Assembly: GCA_964016885.1 (NCBI GenBank)
Contig: OZ024740.1
Coordinates: 17,918,001-17,982,000 of the forward strand
From: Eledone cirrhosa
Lineage: Eukaryota
Length of the DNA: 64,000 nt
Reading direction: 5' to 3'
In this document: positions 26,011 through 37,181 of the stretch, piece by piece
Layout: every line of letters begins with the position of its first letter
Numbering within the stretch: position 1 is the stretch's first letter
Made by a program: the position numbers and the translations under genes
The notes under the pieces: generated by a model
Told to the model about the DNA's origin: nothing
Database searches by the model: none
The model's input: only the letters and a program-made list of their open reading frames with translations

Positions 26011-26401
26011 TCTTGTTATATACACTCTACTAATGTATGTATGTATGTTCTTCTCGTTCTATAATTTCACAAAGTTTTACCAATAGTGAGAGAGTCTGTT
26101 TCTAACATAGACACAGGACTCTCTCATTGGAATTTACACATCAACTAGGTAGATATGTATGTCTGCATGTGTAGATATGGATGTTATTGTATGTGTGGAT
26201 GTGTATATGGTTTGTATCTGTACATGTGTATATGCAGTTATTAGATGCAGAATTTTTGGAATGCTTTACATATTTATACTGTTCCATTAATAGATTGTTC
26301 TTGTATATATGTATGTATGTGTGTGTATATACATATATATATTATATCCAGGGAGTGTAACTTGGGAGTTTTTTTGGGGGTTTTTTCCATTAACATTACA
26401 A

Positions 26402-26498
26402 GGGGTCTGACGAGCCGCGGATTACAGAGTCGAGTCAGATCGATACAGATCGAACTTTGAGCTGATCAGCGGCGAAACGTGCTTCACTAACCAATAAA
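26402..26498 (+). ncRNA. Hammerhead ribozyme candidate with extended stem II
   Basis: CTGACGA at 26407, perfect gccgc/gcggc stem II base enclosing 50 nt, GAAAC at 26474, gtgc loop, UC, then AATAAA at 26493. Stem I is weak and stem III has one mismatch. Confidence 0.55.
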
Positions 26499-26537
26499 CA
26501 TAATGAAGGAGGAACCAATCGTCTTTGTTATCTTATT

Positions 26538-26579
<42 letters not shown>

Positions 26580-26849
26580 TATGTATGAATTTATGACTGT
26601 GTGTGTGTAACAACAATATACATACACATTGAAGTCTTCATATTTAGACTAAACTCTTCAGTCTTTACAAAATGGTCACTACTTGTTGCTACATGTTTAC
26701 ATACCTGATACTATTTATGACCATCTTAAAAACAATCTAAAAGCAGACCTTTGGAATCTAGTTCAGGCCATACCACATAAAACAGATTCAACATTTCACC
26801 TTGGCTCTCACATTCCAGTCGACTCCTTATTGCCAAAAGATGAGGCAGT

Positions 26850-27260
26850 CTTCTTCTTCTTCACCCTGTGAGGGTCATGAGGACAGAGTCCTCAAACACT
26901 CCTTCCAACGTGTCCTGTCAGAAGCAACCGTCTCCAATTGATTTAGCTGGATCCCCAAGCATGTTCAGCCAAACCCATAGATGTCATCCAACTATCTTGC
27001 TCGGGGTCTACCTGTGGATCTCCTGCCTGTTGGTTTTGCCTATAAAATCTGTTCAATGATTCTTTCCTAAGACATTTTAACCACATACTCATAGTGCCAG
27101 AGCTGTGATCTCTCAATTCAGAGAAGTAGCGGCTCTACCTGGAGCAGCCCTCTGATCTCTGAACTACACACTATCAAATAACATCACTCCTAATTTCAGG
27201 GTGCCCTTGATAATCTTCACAAACCTTCCTTCCAGCCTAGTTAGACTGATATGGTAGATG
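26850..27260 (-). mobile_element. Decayed RTE/BovB-like LINE 3' region
   Basis: Minus strand reads as a degenerate W.GH...RPRARW pattern ending in a (GAA)n-like tail. Confidence 0.45.
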
Positions 27261-28226
27261 TTCAGTTTGAACATCTACCATACTGGAGTTGGTGGCATGT
27301 CATACAATGTTCGCAGCAGGAAGGAGATTTAGAAAGATAAAGATCCCCACAGATCTCTTCAAATTATCTTCCATTTAGGGAGATCCGATAGGATGTTCTC
27401 TGGGATGAGAGTTACACTGTTTTGTTTTGGCTTGGTTTGGTTTTTACGGCTGCCCTTCCTAATGCTAATGATATTACAGCATTTTATCATGACTCCAACA
27501 CTACCACCTTACAGGGTAGGCTTCATGGTTTTATAGTGACACTAGCACTATTATATTACAGCACTAGGGTGCTTGGTACATGGTCATGCTTGAGGGAAGG
27601 GGTGAGCCTGGGTGTGCATTATTTCTATCCATCCTCCTCCTGGTCCCATTCTTTTCCTCTCCTTTCTGTCTGCCTTTCTCTGTAGCTGGAAATGGGAAGC
27701 TCTGAGACCTTTTCTTCTCATGTATGTTATTTTAACGATGTCTCATAACTTCACCATACCTTTAGCTTTTGTGACAGAAGTGTCAGCTGTCCCCTTGAAT
27801 TGTAGTATTGTCTGCATGTTTGAATTATGAGTTCCTCTACTTTATAGCTACTCTGTACTTTGAATTCTACATTGAAGTCTACATTGAATTCCTCCACTCC
27901 AGATGATAAGGGAGCTGGAGCTGCCCTTATATTATGTGGAGGGTAATTTTAGTGAAGCTCGAAAGAATTCCAAGCCACTGCTAGAGGTATCTGTTCATCT
28001 TCCTTTCTACTCATCTCACCCTTGTAATAGGAACCTTAATAGAACACTGTCAACAACTACAGGAGTCTCAACAGGGAACTACCTCATAGAGTCATACTTT
28101 AAATTTCCTCAGAAGCCTTCATTTTTCGATTCTGCTCAACAATTCCTATTTCAGCCTTACCACACTAGTGTTGTTCCTGTTGGTGACTCATCAAACCAGT
28201 CTAAGGTATTATATTAGATTTTCATC

Positions 28227-28665
28227 ACTTGCTCCATGTTACCACATGGTCAGACACTGCTAGTACTTGGTCCCTGTCACCACATGGTCAGACACTGCTA
28301 GTACCTGGTACATGTCACCACATGGTCAAACACTGCTAGCACCTGGTACATGTCACCACATGGTCAGACACTGCTAACACCTGATCCATGTTGTCACATG
28401 GTCAGACACTGCTAGCATCTGGTACATGTCACCACATGGTCAGATACTGCTAGTACTTGCTCCATGTTACCACATGGTCAAACATTGCTAGCACCTGGCA
28501 CATGTTACCACATGGTCAGACACTGCTAGCACTTGCTTGATGTTACCACATGGTCAGACACTGCTAGTACTTTACCACATGGTCAGACACTGCTAGCACC
28601 TGCTCTATGTTGCTACATGGTCAGATACTGCTAGCACCTGGTACATGTTACCACATGGTCAAGTA
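28227..28665. repeat. 38-bp minisatellite, about 11 diverged units
   Basis: Unit ccacatggtcagacactgctagcacctggtacatgtta. Confidence 0.9.
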
Positions 28666-29126
28666 CCTGACTCACTTCCTCATGGGTTGTGGTTGTCACA
28701 GTAAGATCATCTATTAATATAATATTAACAACAACTTAGAATGTCTATCAAACTTCTAATCTTAAAACATGACCTTCATGAGGTAAAGTACAATACAACT
28801 GTAGATGTAAGCAGTGGGAGCACTGCAGAATTAATAAGTGTTTCATTAACTCACAGTATCGGAATAAGTTGAATGATTTCTATATTTACATTGTGTAGTG
28901 GAAGAAACAATGACAATACGAAGAGAGACAAGAAGAAGAACAATAAAGGTAAGAAAAAGAGTGAGTCGGCTGGTTGTGGGTGGATCAATCAGGTAAACTG
29001 TGACACATAAATACCACATCAATCCTCCTACATTCCATGAATACAGAACTGATAGGAGAGAGGTTATATATATAGCTGACAACATTACCATGGACATACT
29101 ATTTTACTACACAGACATACGTATAT

Positions 29127-29166
<40 letters not shown>

Positions 29167-29407
29167 CTGACAACATTACCATGGACATACCATTTTACTA
29201 CACAGACATACGTATATGGATATATATATAAAGAGAGAGAGAGTGTAGAATATACATACATACACATATACACACATACATATACCGACTATAGAATATA
29301 TATACACAGACATACACAGGTTGTAGAATACACACACTCAGACATATACATACATACATACACACACACACATATATATATACAGATTGTAGAATGTAAA
29401 TACAGAT

Positions 29408-29442
<35 letters not shown>

Positions 29443-29666
29443 CAGACTGTAGAATGTAAATACACAAATAGATACACACACACATATATACAATTAATAA
29501 GAAAAACCAACAAATAATGAGGAAGTTGAGAATATATACATGTATATATACATGTATATACAGTATATACATGTATATATACATGTATATATTAATGGCT
29601 TGACTTATTTAAGTAATACCAGTGGTTTCATAGATGTAAAAACAATAGACTTCTTGTGTGTGTGTG

Positions 29667-29697
<31 letters not shown>

Positions 29698-29701
<4 letters not shown>

Positions 29702-29857
29702 TCATCGTTTAACGTCTATCTTCCACGCTAGTATGGGTTAGACGGGAATTGTCCCACTTGAGGCAAGATTGATCGGGTGACCGTGTCTCGCTCGTATAGG
29801 ACTGTCTGGCAGGTTTTCTATGGCTGGATGCCCTTCCTAACACCAACCACATTTACA
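29698..29857 (-). mobile_element. RTE 3' tail fragment within (TA)n/(CA)n
   Basis: Matches 11430-11580. Confidence 0.8.
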
Positions 29858-30455
29858 CACACACATATATATTTATATATATATATATATATATATAAAT
29901 ATGAACTCCTTTGTAGAGTTTTTTTTTCAGAATGTATTTGACTGCTATTTCTTGTAAATAAACATTCACTTCCATCCTGACGTCACTAGCCCCGTTTTTT
30001 CCTCATGCGCTTTTTCATAAATACACATGAAGGCGAACTAGCCAGTTTTAAAATTCCCTTTTTCGGACTATATTACTGTGAGAGCCCTGGTTTTCTGTTG
30101 AGCTCTGCTGATGAATGATATTCCAACCGTGACCATCTCCACTGAAAGTTTTCATGAAATAGTCTTTTAAGACTATACAGAGCATTTGATGTTATTCCAA
30201 ATTGAAGGATAAGTGTTTCAAACTTTGTTTTATCATGAGTTAAAGGTCTATAGATTTTTCCCTGGATTTTACTAAATTCTGTGGATGAATTTGTATCCTG
30301 ATTCTCTTTTGAGATGAGTTTGAGTTATTTTTCCTAAATCTTTCGTTAACTACTTTTCCCATCTTGACGTTATAGTCGCATATATGTTATAGAATGCCGT
30401 TAGCTTCTTGCTAAAACAATCTCTATACCTCTCATTTATATATATATATATGGTA

Positions 30456-30821
30456 TAAACGTTTGTATTTGTAAAGCCAAAACAATTCAGGTATGGACAT
30501 AGAATATAAATGCAAAAGATATTGTTGACAATTAGTCTTTTACCTTAAATTTATTTAAATGTCATTAATTTTTGAGATAATATCTCTTGTTCAGAGGGAA
30601 GTAAAGCGGTTAAACCAGCGTTCTAAATAGACTTGGCAAGCTATTTAGAACGCTGGTTTAACCGCTTTACTTCCCTCCGAACAAGAGATATTATCTCAAA
30701 AATTAATGACATTTAAATAAATTTAAGGTAAAAGACTAATTGTCAACAATATCTTTTGCATTTGCATTTATATTCTATGTCCATACCTGCATTGTTTTGG
30801 CTTTACAAATACAAACGTTTA
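30456..30821. repeat. Near-perfect palindrome with arms of about 175-180 bp
   Basis: taaacgtttgtatttg...ctaaatag, then acttggcaag, then ctatttag...caaatacaaacgttta. About two substitutions and a 6-bp duplication separate the arms. Confidence 0.95.
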
Positions 30822-30862
30822 GACCTCATTACACAATGTTTCAAGTGAACTATAACTTCCTC

Positions 30863-30955
<93 letters not shown>

Positions 30956-31235
30956 AACCAAGTTCTACTTTAACCATATCTTTATATCTTTATCCTACAT
31001 ATGTTCCAATAGCGTTAGGCCATGATACATACGAGGTATTTATTCATCGCTCTACATATCTTCAGGATATATATAAACACACACATATATATATCTATAC
31101 ATATTTGTTGGTACATGCACACATGCACACACACATACACACATACACACAGACATACACACACACGTATCTAAGTGAAAGACTAATATCTGAACAGGAT
31201 TAGATAAGTTTAATAACAACAACAACAACAACAAT

Positions 31236-31735
31236 TTAGGCATAAGGCCAACAATTTTGATAGGAGGAGTAAGTCAATTAAATCAACCCAGTATGTGACT
31301 GGTACTTTATTTTATCAACCCTGAAAGGATGAAAGGCAAAGTTGACCTCAGAAAGTATTTTGTTCTATGTTTTAATAATTCTGCTAATCAATAATCAATA
31401 ATAATGGTTTTTGATTTAGGCACAAGGCCAACAATTTTAGGGAAGGGGAAAGTTGATTAAATCAACCCCAGTGTGTTACTGGTACTTTATTTTATCAACC
31501 CTGAAAGGATGAAAGACAAAGTTAACCTCGGCGAGATTTAAACTCTGAATGTAAAGGGACATAACTCTATGTTGCGAAGCATATTGTCCAACGTTCTACC
31601 AATACTGTCAATCCACCGCCCTCTAGTGGGAGTAAAGGGTGAAAGGTAAAGCTAACCTTGGCAGGATTTGAACTCAGAACGTAAAAGGACGTAACTTTAT
31701 GCTGTGAAGCATGTTGTCTGATGCTCTACCGACTA
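31236..31735 (-). mobile_element. Cluster of three Deu/Nin-like SINE copies or fragments
   Basis: Repeated ctggtactttattttatcaaccctgaaaggatgaaa and B-box blocks. Confidence 0.8.
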
Positions 31736-32531
31736 ATAATAATAGGTCACAATCACCTGAAATGTACCTGGCCAAACTGACAAAGATATCAAGACAAACC
31801 ATTTACACATAATAACCAAGAACTGGACCCCCCCCCCCTTCTCTCCAAAAAACAAACAAACTGCACACTGACCATTTCACCATCCTTTCTGATCAAACAG
31901 TGCTACAAGCTTTGCTGCAAAACTGACATGAATATATTCAACCTTGTGCTCTGTAGCTTGAGCTATAGTTAGTTGAAGGAGTGAGTGGAATGAAAGAAAA
32001 AACTCAAAAGCTCACAAACTTGCAAGTAATGTATGTAGTTGACAACATTCACTTATATAACAATGTAGCTGGAATGTTCAATAGTAAGCTTTAGAAATAA
32101 TTTCCTCTATAATAATGATAGAAATACCAACAATGATAATATTAACATGAAATATGTTGCTGTGAAATCGACTACTAAAAATATTTACCTACTGGAGTAG
32201 TAACAAACAAGTTTTACATAATACAGATTTTAAATGATTTAGGACACAGCCTGGAAATGTCGATTGGATAAACAACATGTTTGTGTGTTAATGGTTGGAG
32301 ATATAAACACAAACCTCAATAGACAGGGATTTAAATGTATCTATAATGGAATGATAAGGTCAACTTTGCCTTTCATCCATTTTAGATCAATAAAAAAAGT
32401 ACCAGTCTTGTACTGGGGTCGATTCTTCCTCTATATCTCTTTCTCACTTCCTTTCTCTCACTCTCTATCCTTCACTGGAAGAAATCTGCTGTATTCAGAC
32501 ATGGAGATGAGATGGGCTCCGCCATGTTTAA

Positions 32532-32739
32532 CCCTTTAGCATTTAAACCGCCCATATCCGGCCAGTATTCTCTACGTCTTTCTGTTCAAATCGGCCATAA
32601 TAAATCAGCTGCTTATATTTATGTTAATAAATAATATCAAAATCTCATAGATTCCATATTATGTGAGATATTTATGTGAAATAAAATGTTTACCATGAAA
32701 ATATAATAGTAAATACAGAGTAATGTAAATGCTAAAGTG
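32532..32739. mobile_element. piggyBac-type MITE (copy 2)
   Basis: TTAA|ccctttagcattta ... taaatgctaaagtg|TTAA. Confidence 0.82.
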
Positions 32740-32844
32740 TTAAAAATGCCCTAGAAACATCATATGTCAATACTACGACCCTACAACTCCACGAAGAGTT
32801 ACGAGACCGTATATAATGGAATGAAACCTCAAACATGTCCTCAA

Positions 32845-34960
32845 TATATATCATCATCATCGTGACCACAGTAAAAAATTCCAGACAAAGTCTCTCCACA
32901 ATTCACGATTTTCCATTTCTCCTGGCAGCTGCTCCTTACTGAGATTTGTATTGTCTGAGAGTTGATCGAAGTTCAAGCAGGTCTTTCGCTACTGCATCTC
33001 CTGTGAGTTCGTTACCACATTAGCAGCTTGTGTATAATTTCCTGCTGACTTCTCCAGCAATGTCCTGCAAATCGTAACCGTCTTTGATCAATTGTAGTTG
33101 TTATCTTGGGCAAATTTCTCTATAAACCTTCATTTGTAATATGTTGACACCAGTTTATGCTTTGTAAATCCCTAAGTATTTTAATTTATGAACCATCTAG
33201 TTTCTTAAGTGCTTGTGCCTGGGCACATGTACCTGATCTATACAACACTGACTCAAGTACTGGTGTCAAGGTCATGTACCTGATCTATACAACAACACAC
33301 ACTCAAGTGCTGGTGTCAAGGTCATGTACCTGATCTATACAACACTCACTCAAGTGCTGGTGTCAAGGTCATGTACCTGATCTATACAACACTGACTCAA
33401 GTACTGGTGTCAAGGTCATGTACCTGATCTATACAACACTGATTCAAGTACTGGTGTCAAGGTCATGTACCTGATCTATACAACACTGACTCAAGTGCTG
33501 GTGTCAAGGTCATGTACCTGATCTATACAACACTGACTCAAGTGCTGGTGTCAAGGTCATGTACCTGATCTATATAACGACTCAAGTACTGGTGTCAAGG
33601 TCATGTACCTGATCTATACAACACTGACTCAAGTACTGGTGTCAAGGTCATGTACCTAATCTATACAACACTGACTCAAGTGCTGGTGTCAAGGTCATGT
33701 ACCTAATCTATACAACACTGACTCAAGTGCTAGTGTCAAGGTCATGTACCTGATCTATACAACACTCACTCAAGTGCTGGTGTCAAGGTCATGTACCTGA
33801 TCTATACAACACTCACTCAAGTACTGATGTCAAGGTCATGTACCTGATCTATACAACAACACTCACTCAAGTGCTGGTGTCAAGGTCATGTACCTGATCT
33901 ATACAACACTGACTCAAGTACTGGTGTCAAGGTCATGTACCTGATTTATACAACAACACTCACTCAAGTGCTGGTGTCAAGGTCATGTACCTGATCTATA
34001 CAACACTGACTCAAGTACTGGTGTCAAGGTCATGTACCTGATTTATACAACACTGACTCAAGTGCTGGTGTCAAGGTCATGTACCTAATCTATACAACAC
34101 TGACTCAAGTACTGGTGTCAAGGTCATGTACCTGATCTATACAACAACACTCACTCAAGTGCTGGTGTCAAGGTCATGTACCTGATCTATACAACACTGA
34201 CTCAAGTACTGGTGTCAAGGTCATGTATCTGATTTATACAACACTGACTCAAGTGCTGGTGTCAAGGTCATGTACCTAATCTATACAACACTGACTCAAG
34301 TGCTGGTGTCAAGGTCATGTACCTAATCTATACAACAACACTGACTCAAGTGCTAGTGTCAAGGTCATGTACCTGATCTATACAACACTCACACAAGTGC
34401 TGGTGTCAAGGTCATGTACCTGATCTATACAACACTGACTCAAGTGCTGGTGTCAAGGTCATGTACCTAATCTATACAACGACTCAAGTACTGGTGTCAA
34501 GGTCATGTACCTGATCTATACAACACTGACTCAAGTACTGGTGTCAAGGTCATGTACCTAATCTATACAACACTCACTCAAGTGCTGGTGTCAAGGTCAT
34601 GTACCTGATCTATACAACACTGACTCAAGTACTGGTGTCAAGGTCATGTACCTGATCTATACAACACTGACTCAAGTGCTAGTGTCAAGGTCATGTACCT
34701 GATCTATACAACAACACTGACTCAAGTGCTGGTGTCAACGTCATGTACTTGATCTATAGAACACTGACTCAAGTGCTTGTGTCAGGGTATATGTACCTGA
34801 TCCATACAACATCACTGGCTCATTAACCAAGAGACTTCAAAATTTCTCTCAACCATACTTGCAATAAAGAGAGATCTGCAACTTTTCTACAGTAAAACCA
34901 GACCTCAATCGCATTAACTTTTAAAGTTCAGTATTGCATGTAACTACATCAACAAGATAT
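32845..34960 (-). mobile_element. Decayed RTE-like LINE fragment interrupted by a 47-bp array
   Basis: On the minus strand the right flank reads PVMLYGSGT (compare LYGSETW) and the left flank continues KKLDG...KILR. Confidence 0.55.
33205..34812. repeat. 47-bp minisatellite, about 33 units
   Basis: Unit catgtacctgatctatacaacactgactcaagtgctggtgtcaaggt, with 3-bp insertion and deletion variants. Confidence 0.95.
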
Positions 34961-35133
34961 TCTGAACAAGCACAAAACAACAAAGCTATATTATATTAAA
35001 AATAAAAATATTTACTGTAATCCTGCAAATTTACACAATCCACTTTTGAATTAACTAACCAGTTTTTACCTATTTCTTGATCCTATTACAAGATGTTATG
35101 GGTTAATCAACAGAAATTTTAAATATAGCTTAA

Positions 35134-35354
35134 TCTTTTAGCATTTAAACCGCCCATATCTGGCCAGAATTCTCTCACCTCTTTCTGTTCAAACTGGCTG
35201 TAACTGGCTGCTTATACTTATGTTAAGGTATTGTTCTCAAAATAAATAATGTGAAAATCTCGTAGATTTGATATTATGTGAGATAATTATGTGAAGTAAA
35301 GTGTTTATCGTGAAAATATAATAGTAAATACAGAGTAATGTAAATGTTAAAGGG
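35134..35354. mobile_element. piggyBac-type MITE (copy 3)
   Basis: TTAA|tcttttagcattta ... taaatgttaaaggg|TTAA, colinear with 688-908. Confidence 0.82.
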
Positions 35355-35859
35355 TTAAATAGAGAGAAACCTCAAAATTACCGTCAATGGACAATGATGT
35401 CAGAGATAACCTCTAATGACACAGACTTTAAATATACCTTGAATACTCAGAAGCTTCAAAGACTATTTTTTTAAAGAATAATTGACAAAATTCTAGACCT
35501 CATTAGCTTACCGAGTGGGGTGGAACTCAAATAAGAACAAAAAGAAACAATGTTTCCATTAGTCTTTCTATTGTTGATATTATCTACCAGTTGGAACTCC
35601 TGACAAAAGAGCAATCTGAAATAAAATGTCTTGCTCAAGGACATCATAATGCATTGCTTAGTGCAAGAATTGAACTTGTAGCCTCATGATTGTGAATCCA
35701 ATTCTCTAATCACTCAGCCAAGTGCCTCAAAGATAACCTCAATATAGACTGATTTAAAATATACTTGGATAGTCAGAGATCTCAAAATGACCATCAATGA
35801 ATACAGTAGACAAAGGCTCTAGGTATTCCTTCAATTAGAGACTTTAATAATACAGTAGA

Positions 35860-36069
35860 CATTACTGGTACTTCATTTTATCAACCTCATAAGGATGAAA
35901 GGCAAAGTTAACCTCGGCGAGATTTGAACTCAGTTACGGCCCTTCCCATTCTGAATTCAAATCCCGCCGAGGTTAACTTTGCCTTTCATCCTTACGGGGT
36001 CGATAAAATAAAGTACCAGTAATGCACTGGGATATTTGCTGGCCTTGTGCCAAAAGTAGAAACAATTAT
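35860..36069. mobile_element. Head-to-head inverted pair of Deu/Nin-like SINE fragments
   Basis: 35860-35932 (minus) and 35951-36069 (plus) form arms of about 73 bp around an 18-nt spacer. Confidence 0.85.
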
Positions 36070-36179
36070 ACAGTAGACAGAAACTAAGTATTCCTTCACC
36101 CTTTCTTAATACTGTACGAAGGTCAACTGAAAAGTTCATTGGCTGACTATGAAGGATTGATGCTAGAGCGGTGAAATCA

Positions 36180-36331
36180 TAATAATAATATTGAAATTAT
36201 TGTGTACAGTGCTCAGGTGCACTACAACTCATCAAAGGTGCATGTATAGTACATAGAATATACAAATGTTAGGGAAGTGAATAGAGTATGAGTCATGATA
36301 TACATGTGTGCGTGTGAAGGAGGGGGAATAT
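36180..36331 (-). repeat. Dispersed repeat, probably a retroposon 3' end with (ATT)n tail
   Basis: Inverted homolog at about 42747-42885. Terminal hairpin gtagtgc-acctga-gcactgtac. Confidence 0.6.
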
Positions 36332-36337
36332 CAGGTG

Positions 36338-37181
36338 TTATGTGAGATATTATGTGAGGTAAAGCCTTTACTGTGAAAATACAATAGTATATATAGAGTA
36401 ATGTAAATGTTATGTGAGATATTATGTGAGGTAAAGCCTTTACTGTGAAAATACAATAGTAAATATAGAGTAATGTAAATGTTATGTGAGATATTATGTG
36501 AGGTAAAGCCTTTACTGTGAAAATACAATAGTATATATAGAGTAATGTAAATGTTATGTGAGATATTATGTGAGGTAAAGCCTTTACTGTGAAAATACAA
36601 TAGTATATATAGAGTAATGTAAATGTTATGTGAGATAGTATGTGAGGTAAAACCTTTACTGTGACAATACAATAGTATATATAGAGTAATGTAAATGTTA
36701 TGTGAGATTTATGTGAGGTAAAGACTTTACTGTGAATATATAATAGTAGATATAGAGTAATGTAAATGTTATGTGAGATATTATGTGAGGTAAAACCTTT
36801 ACTGTGACAATACAATAGTATATATAGAGTAATGTAAATGTTATGTGAGATATTATGTGAGGTAAAGCCTTTACTGTGAAAATACAATAGTATATATATA
36901 GAGTAATGTAAATATTATGTGAGATATTATGTGAGGTAAAGCCTTTACTGTGAAAATACAATAGTATATATAGAGTAATGTAAATGTTATGTGAGATATT
37001 ATGTGAGGTAAAGCCTTTACTGTGAAAATACAATAGTATATATAGAGTAATGTAAATGCTATGCGAGATATTATGTGAGGTAAAGCCTTTACTGCGAAAA
37101 TACAATAGTATATATAGAGTAATGTAAATGTTATGTGAGATATTATGTGAGGTAAAGCCTTTACTGGAAAATACAATAGTA
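36338..37181. repeat. 72-bp minisatellite, about 11.7 units, derived from the right part of the piggyBac-type MITE
   Basis: The unit ttatgtgagatattatgtgaggtaaagcctttactgtgaaaatacaatagtatatatagagtaatgtaaatg matches about 829-900. Confidence 0.92.
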
